From Acidimicrobiia bacterium (GTDB lineage: Bacteria; Actinomycetota; Acidimicrobiia; Spongiisociales; Spongiisociaceae): a stretch of 64,000 nucleotides of DNA. Both the position numbers and the translations under genes were made by a program. Position 1 is the first letter of the stretch. Each line of letters starts with the position of its first letter. Location of the stretch: the NCBI GenBank assembly GCA_041576165.1, contig JBFGLM010000020.1, forward strand, positions 16,949 through 80,948, given 5' to 3'. The notes under the pieces were generated by a model. That model did no database searches. It saw only the letters and a program-made list of their open reading frames with translations, and had not been told where the DNA came from. This document shows positions 19,998 to 28,167 of the stretch, in pieces.

Positions 19998-20255
19998 GTG
20001 CGCACGCTGGACAAGAACCGGGCTCCCATCCGGCCGGACCATCGGCCGCCAACGTCGGTTCATCGACGAGGCTGGCTGCGAACGGTGGCGGGCTGGTTGA
20101 TCCTGTCGGTCACCTTCCTCGTCTCGCTCTGGTTGGCGGCGGCCGCCGTGCTGGCCTTCGCCGAGGGTTATACGCAGGACGCGCTGTTCTTCTTGTTTGT
20201 CGCTGTTGCCGGCTTGTGGCTGATGCCCCGTATCCGCAGGTGGAGCCGGGGTTGA
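19998..20255 (+). CDS. small hypothetical membrane protein
   Basis: Two hydrophobic helices; GGAGG before GTG. Confidence 0.55.
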   Translation: MRTLDKNRAPIRPDHRPPTSVHRRGWLRTVAGWLILSVTFLVSLWLAAAAVLAFAEGYTQDALFFLFVAVAGLWLMPRIRRWSRG

Positions 20256-20258
20256 AGG

Positions 20259-21605
20259 TCAAGGTAAGAACAACCTGGTGCGCGTCACGACCCGGTTGAG
20301 GTCGCCGCTCTCCGTGTTTATGGCGACCAGCGCTACCTGGTGAGGCTCCATGTAGCTCGGGTCCTCGCCCATCTCACACACGACCAGCCAACTGTTGGCG
20401 AATTCGATACAGCCAATCGGATGGTCGACCGTCCACCTTCCGAGCTCCTCACCTGTACTCGTGTCGCGCACTGCCACCACCGGACTCCAGAAATGGTTGA
20501 GCGCAGCCGGGTCGGCATGATCGACGTAAGCGAGGCTCCGCCCGTCTACCGACAATGCCGCCAGCCCGGCATAGTCATCACCCAACAGGTCGATGCCGAT
20601 CGACGTGGTCAGGTCGGTGAGATTGCCTTCGGCGTCGCCCAAACCCTGCACGACCGTCCTAGCCCGCTCGATGAAATATACGGTCTCACCATCTTCGAGA
20701 GACTTGAACGGCACGGGGGTGGCCGTTTCTTCGCCGGTGTCGGGATCGAACATGCGCCACTCATCAGCCCAGCAACGTTCGAGGACCAAGACCTGTCCGT
20801 TGCGCGACATCAGCTCCGGGCATTCCGACTCCACCGCTACCGACGGGTCCCGCACCTGCACGACTTGCGACAGGCCCCGGTGCCGCACCGCCGCCCAGTC
20901 CCCCTCCACGTCGTGCGCGCCGTCCGCCCACCAGTTCGTCACCCACTCGCCCGAGCCGCCTTTCCAGATTTCGAATGCGTTGAATCGTTGCGCCACCACC
21001 CGCACCGGCATGTCGGACCCGAACAACGACTCGACCAGGCCCGGCGAGGGCTCGGACGGCACCAGGGGAGGGAGATCGTCGATCACGAGCTGACCCTCGA
21101 AGGTGCCGATGTTGAACACCTTCTCTTCGCCCGTCGAAATGTGGGTCACCCTGACCCCGGAGGAGGCCTGGGCAGTGGTCGGATCAACCAGGCCCGGGCC
21201 CAGGGCAACCACCTCGTACGGACCAACGCAGGCCTCGCCGGCACATTGGCGGCGCAGGTAGTCGGCCGGGAGCTCGTCATCGGCCTGACCGTCCAACTGG
21301 ATGCCATTCCCATGCGCTGACCAGGCGGCCTGTTCATAGGCGCCGGCCGCCAGCGCGGCCAGGTAGTTGGCAACGTGCCGCTCGGCCTCCTGGGTGGTCC
21401 ACGCCACCTCGGTGGGCGGCTCCGGCGTGGCAGTCGTAGTGCTAGCGATCGTGGTGGTGGCTGCGCTCGTTGTCGTGGCCTCGGCCGTCGTTGACGACGT
21501 GGTCGTCGCAAGAGCGGTCGTCGGCGCGGATGTGAGCTCGGCGGAGGATCCACCACCGGAGCAAGCCACAACGACCACCAACCAAGGTAGGAGGACACGG
21601 TGCAT
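20259..21605 (-). CDS. hypothetical lipoprotein with Thr-rich linker
   Basis: LVVVVAC-SGG lipobox, Thr/Ser/Ala-rich linker, beta-rich C-terminus. Confidence 0.7.
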   Translation of the reverse strand: MHRVLLPWLVVVVACSGGGSSAELTSAPTTALATTTSSTTAEATTTSAATTTIASTTTATPEPPTEVAWTTQEAERHVANYLAALAAGAYEQAAWSAHGNGIQLDGQADDELPADYLRRQCAGEACVGPYEVVALGPGLVDPTTAQASSGVRVTHISTGEEKVFNIGTFEGQLVIDDLPPLVPSEPSPGLVESLFGSDMPVRVVAQRFNAFEIWKGGSGEWVTNWWADGAHDVEGDWAAVRHRGLSQVVQVRDPSVAVESECPELMSRNGQVLVLERCWADEWRMFDPDTGEETATPVPFKSLEDGETVYFIERARTVVQGLGDAEGNLTDLTTSIGIDLLGDDYAGLAALSVDGRSLAYVDHADPAALNHFWSPVVAVRDTSTGEELGRWTVDHPIGCIEFANSWLVVCEMGEDPSYMEPHQVALVAINTESGDLNRVVTRTRLFLP

Positions 21606-21695
21606 GTATCTCAGACGCTGAAACCGTCCAGCAGGTTCCAGTCCGCGGCCTCGCCACTTCTACACGGCGCGGTCACGAGGTGAGCAGCCTGGACT

Positions 21696-22118
21696 TCACA
21701 GGAGTTGCCCCGCATCGATCGGATCGATGCGTGCCAGGCCGTCTACGTCGTCGAAAGCACGGTCGGGGGACACAATCACGTCGATCCGCGATTCAGCGCA
21801 GGTTGCGACGTGGACGAGGTCCCTCGCCGAAAGTGCCTCGAAGTAATGCACCATGCCGGTCATGCGCCGCATGACCGCGTCGGTGATCGGGAGCACCGGT
21901 GCGAAGATGTCGAGGGCTGCTTCGGCCATCGCCACCCCCCTCGTTCGGTCCCCGATGGCCACGAAACGATGATGGATCTCCTGGATCACCTCGGCTGATG
22001 TCACGGCGTCGACTCGCCGCTGGACGATGGCCTCCAGAAGGGACCGACATGGCTGCTGCATGGGATGTTGCGACCCACCGGCATACATGATCACCGCGGT
22101 GTCGATGAAGAAGCTCAC
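21696..22118 (-). CDS. vapC: PIN-domain toxin VapC
   Basis: FFIDTAV...SAEVIQE...LSARDLVH...SPDRAFD acidic PIN residues; GTGA overlap with the antitoxin. Confidence 0.88.
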   Translation of the reverse strand: MSFFIDTAVIMYAGGSQHPMQQPCRSLLEAIVQRRVDAVTSAEVIQEIHHRFVAIGDRTRGVAMAEAALDIFAPVLPITDAVMRRMTGMVHYFEALSARDLVHVATCAESRIDVIVSPDRAFDDVDGLARIDPIDAGQLL

Positions 22119-22360
22119 GAAACCTCGCCCAACGCACCAATCTCGATTTCCTCTTTCATTGTGTCCCAATCAGGTGCCGGAGCATCTAGCGAGAACAGCA
22201 ACTCGAGCGCCGCCTTGCCGTCTCGTCGGGTCGGGACCAGATAGGCATCAATTGCGGCGCGTATCACCGCCCCCAGCGATGACTGTTGCTCCTCTGCGAG
22301 TCGCTCGAGTGCCTGTCGTTGACCGGGAGTGAGGAGCACCTGTGTGCGTTCCGAATACAT
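22115..22360 (-). CDS. vapB: ribbon-helix-helix (CopG-like) antitoxin
   Basis: RTQVLLT...LERLAE...SLGAVIRAAIDAY; directly upstream of the PIN gene. Confidence 0.8.
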   Translation of the reverse strand: MYSERTQVLLTPGQRQALERLAEEQQSSLGAVIRAAIDAYLVPTRRDGKAALELLFSLDAPAPDWDTMKEEIEIGALGEVS

Positions 22361-22394
22361 GCACATATCATAACATGTGTCACCCGCAGCAGAA

Positions 22395-22988
22395 TCACGC
22401 CGGCGCCCACGTACTAGGCGAGATCGAGCAGCACGACCGGCATGCCGAGCGTGGCGAGCTGGCCGGTGTATAGCGCCACGACGCACAACCCGCCCGCAGC
22501 AAGCGCGGCCTCACCGAGGCGGACCAGCCAGCGCGGCGCCCAGGATCCTTGTCCCTCCGGTGAGAGAAGGAAGGGCACAATCCCCACGACGCCGACGGTG
22601 CCGATCCATCGCCCCGCGACCCGATGAACCCGGCCAGCTGTATCGGGGTCGGATCGGTAATGCGGTCGGCAACAGACACCAGCGCCATCCAGGTCGTGAA
22701 CGCCGCCAGGCCGACACTCACCGAGACGATGGCCACCATCTCAGCGGAGGCCGTCGCCATAACCCCAACCGGATTGCGGCGGGCGATGAGCACTGCCGCC
22801 AGCGCCGGCAGCGGAGCGCCCACCATCCACAGGCTGAGGTGTCTCACAACCGGGGCCGGGCTGGCAGCAACCGCCGCCACGTAGTCGGCCACGTTCCCGT
22901 CCGTCACGGCGGTATCGAGGTCGGTACCGGTCGAGGCCCACACCCCGGCGCCGACCGACATGGTGGCGGCGCCCGCCAAGGCGATCAC
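22395..22988 (-). pseudogene. degenerate membrane-protein gene
   Basis: Hydrophobic helices in the first ~130 aa, then low-complexity out-of-frame-looking sequence. Confidence 0.35.
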
Positions 22989-22989
22989 A

Positions 22990-24108
22990 CCCGCTGTTCG
23001 TCCTCGGATGGCGGCCGGCTGCTGCTCGGGCTATCCCGGGCCAGCGTCCACGGACGCGACCAATTGTCGCCCATCCTGACGCGCTGACGGACACGGCCCG
23101 CCAGGCGCTCGAGGCGCGGCTCGACGATCCGGTCGGGGCGCTGGCTGCCATCGATCCGGGACTTGCCCACCAGCTCGGCGTCTGGCTCGACACACCCATG
23201 GCTGGCGGTGCCTGGACTACGACCCGGGTTCCCCGACACTGGCCGAGCGGCCGGCCATCGTGACCCGCATGCTGTTCGACGGGGTGTCGCCTAGTTCCAA
23301 CGGCGACGACGTGCGTGCCGCGGCTGAAGCGGAGGCCCGCGCGCGACTCGCCGGGGATGGACTTTCCGAGTTCGAGCCGCGGCTGGCGGTGGCGCGGCGG
23401 GCCTATCCCAACCGGGAGGAGAACGTCGTGACGTCCGACCACCTGCCCAGCGGGTTGATCCGCCGCTGGGTGGTAGAGGCCGGTCGCCGGCTGGTCGATC
23501 GCGGCTTGCTGGCGCGGGTCGACGACGTGGTCTGGCTGGACGTCGATGAGATCATCGAGGCGCTGCTGGGCAATCCCGGGCGATTTGGCTGTGTCAATCA
23601 CGTGCCGCAGGTCGGAGTACGCATGGGTGCGTTCTCATCCCGGGTCCGACTTCATCGGCGAGCGGGATGAACTGCCCGATATCTCCGCCCTGCCCGGGCC
23701 GATGCGCCGGACCATTTCGGCGCTGCTGTGGCTCCTGGACCAGGAGTTCCCGGCCGGACGCGAGCAAGACGACGGCGGCGAGTCGATCGTGACAGGCAAC
23801 CCCGCGTCACCGGGAACGGTGACCGGGCCCGCCCGCATCGTGCTGGGCGAATCCGACTTCGCCAAGGTCGGTCCGGGCGACGTAATAGTCTCGCCATAGT
23901 CTCGCCGATCACTACGCCGGCCTGGACGATGCTGTTCTCGATGGCGGCCGCGGTCGTGGCCGACGGGGGAGGCGTGCGGTCCCACGCCGCGATAGTGGCC
24001 CGAGAACACGGGATCCCGGCGGTGATCGGCGCACCGGGCGCCACGGCCACCGACGGCCAACTCGTGACCGTTGACGGAACTACCGGGCGGGTGGTGGCTG
24101 CGAACTGA
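22990..24108 (+). pseudogene. frameshifted PEP-utilising enzyme (PEP synthase / rifampicin-phosphotransferase-like, phospho-His swivel domain)
   Basis: Pieces in three or more frames: ...RRAYPNREEN...; GNPASPGTVTGPARIV...GDVIVSP; ITTPAWTMLF...SHAAIVAREHGIPAV...VTVDGTTG; an 11-bp tandem duplication at 23885-23906 causes the last shift. Confidence 0.8.
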
Positions 24109-24153
24109 ACTACCCGGTGACGGCTGGCCCGGGCGCATAGGATCGCGACCGAG

Positions 24154-24627
24154 ATGAGTGGCCCGTCCCGGTTGCTGGCAGCTGCGTTTCGTGCACCCGA
24201 CGTGGTCTATCGCGTGGGTCTCGGGTGGATGCTGGGCCGGCGATTCCTCGAGCTGACCCATCGAGGCCGCAAGTCCGGCCGGGACTACAGAACTGTGCTC
24301 GAAGTGATCGCTTTCGTGCCAGATCGGGAGGAGAGCGTTGTGGCCTCCGCATATGGCGTCGGGGCCGACTGGTACCAGAATCTCATGGCGGGTGGGGCGG
24401 TCCGCGTCAGAACCGGGCGCCTCGATTACGCGCCCGAACACCGGGTCCTGGGTGCGCAAGAGGCGCAGGAGGTTGCAGCTGGGTTCGTCGGCCGCCATCC
24501 CTGGGAGGCCCGGCTGGTGCCACGCGTACTCCCCGCCATCGGCGCCGCCCCACCCGAAGGCGCGGCCGGCGATCCGGCCGGCATGCTGGCGAGCTTGCCG
24601 CTGGTCGCATTTCGGCCGCAAGAGTGA
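24154..24627 (+). CDS. deazaflavin(F420)-dependent nitroreductase (DDN)-family protein
   Basis: LTHRGRKSGRDYRTVLEV...ADWYQNL. Confidence 0.85.
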   Translation: MSGPSRLLAAAFRAPDVVYRVGLGWMLGRRFLELTHRGRKSGRDYRTVLEVIAFVPDREESVVASAYGVGADWYQNLMAGGAVRVRTGRLDYAPEHRVLGAQEAQEVAAGFVGRHPWEARLVPRVLPAIGAAPPEGAAGDPAGMLASLPLVAFRPQE

Positions 24628-24683
24628 TCTGCAGGGGCTTTTCGCTCGAGCACCTGGAATTCGCGGCCGATACCAGCAGGACA

Positions 24684-25061
24684 GTGACCACGGTCCATCC
24701 TGAATCGCGTCGCCGCTGGCGACTGAGGGAATCGATCCTCTCCCGGCGGGGACTTCCCTGGCTGGTCCTGGCGCTGACCGCGGTGACCGCCTTTGGCTAT
24801 GCGTTTGGTGTCGAGTACTACTGCTCTAGGTATGGCGGCACGGATTGCTCGTGGGGGTTCAGCTGGTTGTTCGCCGGCGCCTATGCAGCGCTGGCCGCGG
24901 CTATGACCGTGATTCTCGAACTGGCCGGGGTGGTGTTGGTCCGGGTCTCGGATCGCCGACATCTCATGGCACGCTTCACGGTGTTCCGCTCGGCGGTGGC
25001 GTTGTTGGTGTGGGCAGTGCCCATGTACGCCGTCGTTCTGGTGGCGACGCTATATCGCTAG
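24684..25061 (+). CDS. hypothetical membrane protein
   Basis: Three hydrophobic helices in the 3' part of ORF 24225-25061; GTG at 24684. Confidence 0.5.
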   Translation: MTTVHPESRRRWRLRESILSRRGLPWLVLALTAVTAFGYAFGVEYYCSRYGGTDCSWGFSWLFAGAYAALAAAMTVILELAGVVLVRVSDRRHLMARFTVFRSAVALLVWAVPMYAVVLVATLYR

Positions 25062-25537
25062 GCGGTCACGATCCCGGACCACCGTTCTAGCTCGGCGGCG
25101 AGGTCCAAACGCTCGACCACGGCCCGCGTCTCATACTCGCCCCAGGAGTCGCGCGGAAGCATCCACATCACCTCGAGTTCGTTGCCGTCCGGGTCGGCAC
25201 TGTACAGGCTGAGCGTGGCGCCGTGCGACGATTCACCTCCCAGCGCGCCGGCCGCAAGGAGCCGCTGCCGGTAGTCAGCCAGATCGTCGATGGTCGCCAC
25301 CTGCCAGGCGAGGTGATACAACCCCGTGGTGCCTCGCGACGAACGGGGCGCGCCGGCGCCCATCCCAAACAGACCAAGATCGTGGTGGTTGGAGCTGTCA
25401 GGACAACGGAGAAATGCAGCGTTGAAACGCTCCTCCCGGCTGATCACCGTGAAGTCGAGCGTGCTGGTGTAGAAGTCGACCGCCTGGTCGAGATCCGACA
25501 CAAACAGCACTGCATGGTTGAGACGTGTAATTGGCAT
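25058..25537 (-). CDS. VOC (glyoxalase/extradiol dioxygenase) family protein
   Basis: LNHAVLFV, HHDLGLF, GLYHLAW, DPDGNELE. Confidence 0.9.
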   Translation of the reverse strand: MPITRLNHAVLFVSDLDQAVDFYTSTLDFTVISREERFNAAFLRCPDSSNHHDLGLFGMGAGAPRSSRGTTGLYHLAWQVATIDDLADYRQRLLAAGALGGESSHGATLSLYSADPDGNELEVMWMLPRDSWGEYETRAVVERLDLAAELERWSGIVTA

Positions 25538-25569
25538 AGTGACCCTTCTCTTTCTACCCCATTCTCGTC

Positions 25570-25825
25570 TACTCCCGCCGCAGCGGGAAGGAGCCCAGAG
25601 CCGGCCCGGAACGCGTTTCTCCCCCTGCGGGGGAGGTGGATTCGGGGACGATGAGGAGCCGAGTTCGGAGGGGGAGTGCCAGCTCGCCCGGCAAGCGGAC
25701 GCCCCCGCCGCCCCTCTCGCGCAACCGACATCTCCGGGGGAGGAAATCGCGCGGTACCGGCCTGGACCAGGGTTTCCTCCCCCAGCGGGGGAGAAGGTGG
25801 ATCGCTGCTCGGTAAGCGAGGGGTG
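25570..25825. repeat. cluster of REP-like GC palindromes
   Basis: CTCCCGCCGCAGCGGGAAGGAG, CTCCCCCTGCGGGGGAGGTGG and CTCCCCCAGCGGGGGAGAAGGTGG in the VOC-YceI intergenic space. Confidence 0.5.
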
Positions 25826-25870
25826 ACGGAGGCGACGTCGGGCGCGTGGCCCCCTCCGCCGCTCGCCCTG

Positions 25871-26413
25871 TCAGGCCTTGGCGGCCTGGACCACGATGTC
25901 TATGTCGAACTGCTTGCTCACCAGCCACCCGCCGGCCTCGAGGGCGACGTTCCAGTTGAGCCCCCAGTCCTCGCGATTGAACGTGCCGGTGGCGGCAAAG
26001 GCAGCTTTTTCGTTGCCCCACGGGTCGACGCTGATCCCGAGGTAGTCGACGTCCAGCACGATTGGCTTGGTCACGCCGTTGATCGTGAGATCACCGGTGA
26101 GCCGGTAGGACGAACCTTCGGGCTCAACCGAGGTTGACCGGAAACTGATCGTCGGATGTTCGGCAGCATCGAGGAAGTCGGGCGACCGGAGATGGTCGTC
26201 CCGATCGGCGGTCCCAGTATCGATGCTCGCAGCCACCACCGACACCTCCACCGAGCTGTCGTCCGGGGTCTCGCCGACGGTGATCGATCCCGAAAACTCT
26301 CTGAACGAGCCCCGGACCTTGCTGACCATCAAGTGTCGGGCACTGATCTCGACCTGGCTGTGGGCCGGGTCGATAACCCATGTGCCGGTTTGGGGAAGCG
26401 TCTGGACGCTCAT
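25871..26413 (-). CDS. YceI-family polyisoprenoid-binding protein
   Basis: WVIDPAHS...RHLMVSKVRGSF...SIDTG...RDDHLRSPDFL...GDLTINGVTKP. Confidence 0.92.
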   Translation of the reverse strand: MSVQTLPQTGTWVIDPAHSQVEISARHLMVSKVRGSFREFSGSITVGETPDDSSVEVSVVAASIDTGTADRDDHLRSPDFLDAAEHPTISFRSTSVEPEGSSYRLTGDLTINGVTKPIVLDVDYLGISVDPWGNEKAAFAATGTFNREDWGLNWNVALEAGGWLVSKQFDIDIVVQAAKA

Positions 26414-26437
26414 GCCATCTCCCTTCTTACTCAATAT

Positions 26438-26479
26438 CTGACTGGTCAAGTACCCTAGACGATTTAATTGAGCTGTCAA
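26438..26479. promoter_or_regulatory. putative MarR operators between divergent yceI and marR
   Basis: TGAC-TG-GTCA (26439-26448) and TTGA-GCTG-TCAA (26468-26479) palindromes. Confidence 0.5.
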
Positions 26480-26503
26480 CTGTTGATCAGTAAGATATCT
26501 GGC

Positions 26504-26956
26504 ATGAGCTCCGACTATGACCTTCGCATGCACACGTTCGGGGTCTGCCTGGAGGCGTTGACGCGCTTGAACAAGGCATTCGATCGATCGCTCAGGCAGC
26601 AGGTCGGTCTCAGCCTCGGCACGTTCGAGGCACTTCTCCGGATCGCCCGATCGGGCGGGTACGTGGCGATGGGGGACCTGGCAACCCAGATCGCTCTAAC
26701 GTCTGGCGGGGTCACGCGGCTGGTCGATCGTCTCACCGCTGAGGGCATGGTCGAACGTCGGCCGTGCCCGACCGACCGTCGGGTGAACTACGTGGCGATC
26801 ACCGAACAGGGGCAAGCCAGGCTGGATGAAGCGATCAAGGTCCATCAGGTAGACATTGAGAACGAACTCACCGGCAGGATCACCGAGGACGAGCGGCGCA
26901 CGCTCGTTCGCGTGATGGAACGCCTCCGGGAACCGGCCGCGGTCGACTCCACCTGA
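26504..26956 (+). CDS. MarR-family regulator
   Basis: LTSGGVTRLVDRL...VERRPCPTDRR...ITEQG. Confidence 0.92.
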   Translation: MSSDYDLRMHTFGVCLEALTRLNKAFDRSLRQQVGLSLGTFEALLRIARSGGYVAMGDLATQIALTSGGVTRLVDRLTAEGMVERRPCPTDRRVNYVAITEQGQARLDEAIKVHQVDIENELTGRITEDERRTLVRVMERLREPAAVDST

Positions 26957-26999
26957 CCCCGCGCGAGAATCGAAACGCAGCCAGCTGCTGGGAGCTTTG

Positions 27000-27299
27000 T
27001 TATCGGATTGCGCGAACCTCGTCGTAATTGCCGAACGCGGCGTCACTCTCGATGAGTGCGCCGAGCTTGGCAGCCCATTCCTGGGTCTCGGGCCGATCAT
27101 TGTTTTTCTCGGCTTCTTCGGCCGAAGAGAAATCGACCACAATCATGTAACGCCCGGGATGATCACGATCGGCGAGGAGCCGGCTGCCGATATAGCCAGG
27201 CGCTACCCCGGCCTCGGCCTCATGCCAGGTGGTGAGCAGTTGCTCCAGTGCCCCGGTATCCGCCGCCCGCACGCTCATGGTCTGGACGTATCGCACCAT
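27000..27299 (-). CDS. small ABM-like (dimeric alpha/beta barrel) hypothetical protein
   Basis: ADRDHPGRYMIVVDFSSAEEAEKNNDRPETQEW; AAGGAGG before ATG. Confidence 0.7.
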   Translation of the reverse strand: MVRYVQTMSVRAADTGALEQLLTTWHEAEAGVAPGYIGSRLLADRDHPGRYMIVVDFSSAEEAEKNNDRPETQEWAAKLGALIESDAAFGNYDEVRAIR

Positions 27300-27378
27300 C
27301 GTCCTCCTTGCGTGGCGTCTCCAGGCTACGCCTGCCGCCGGCTCGACGGCGGGCCGAAATTGCCCGTATGGTGCACCG

Positions 27379-28167
27379 ATGGATGTACTGACTCGCCACA
27401 ACGTGACGGTCGGCGGAGACCCCAATGGTCAACCCATGGTGTTCGCTCACGGGTTCGGGTGCGATCAGTCCATGTGGGCTGACGTCGCCGCGGCGTTTCC
27501 CGACTTCAAGACTGTCCTGTACGACCTGGTCGGATCAGGAAACTCTGAGATCACGGCCTACAAGAAGAATCGGTACTCGGATCTCGCCGGCCACGCCGAC
27601 GACGTGGTCGAGCTATGCCGGGCACTCGAACTGAGTGACGTCGTGTTCGTCGGGCACTCGGTGAGTGGGATGATCGGAGTGCTCGCGGTCAAGAAGGATT
27701 CCGACTTGTTCGACAAACTGGTTCTGGTCGGGCCATCCCCCCGCTACGTCAACGACGGCGATTACGACGGCGGTTTCTCCGAAGACGACATCAAGTCGCT
27801 ACTCGAGTCGCTCGACGCCAACTATTTCGGATGGTCGAGCACCATGGCCCCCGTGATCATGGGCAGCCCCGACCGCCCCGAACTCGGCCAGCGGTTGACA
27901 GAATCGTTTTGCCGCACCGACCCATACATCGCCAAGCATTTTGCGCGGGTGACGTTTCTCTCGGACAACCGGGACGACCTCCCCGATGTGCAGGCGCCGA
28001 CATTGGTCATGCAATGCTCCGACGATCCGATTGCGCCGACGCACGTCGGCGAATACGTACGCGACGCCATTCCCGACAGCCGGATCGCGTATCTCGCTGC
28101 AACCGGACACTGCCCGAATGTCAGCGCCCCGGGTGAGGTCATCGCGGTGATGCGAGAGTTCGTGTGA
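27379..28167 (+). CDS. rsbQ: RsbQ-like alpha/beta hydrolase (KAI2/D14 family)
   Basis: HNVTV...FAHGFGCDQSMW...GHSVSG...SPRYVND...ATGHCPN. Confidence 0.88.
   Translation: MDVLTRHNVTVGGDPNGQPMVFAHGFGCDQSMWADVAAAFPDFKTVLYDLVGSGNSEITAYKKNRYSDLAGHADDVVELCRALELSDVVFVGHSVSGMIGVLAVKKDSDLFDKLVLVGPSPRYVNDGDYDGGFSEDDIKSLLESLDANYFGWSSTMAPVIMGSPDRPELGQRLTESFCRTDPYIAKHFARVTFLSDNRDDLPDVQAPTLVMQCSDDPIAPTHVGEYVRDAIPDSRIAYLAATGHCPNVSAPGEVIAVMREFV

Noticed and set aside
21696-22360. vapBC as marker of a mobile element
   Set aside because: No integrase, transposase or flanking repeats seen.
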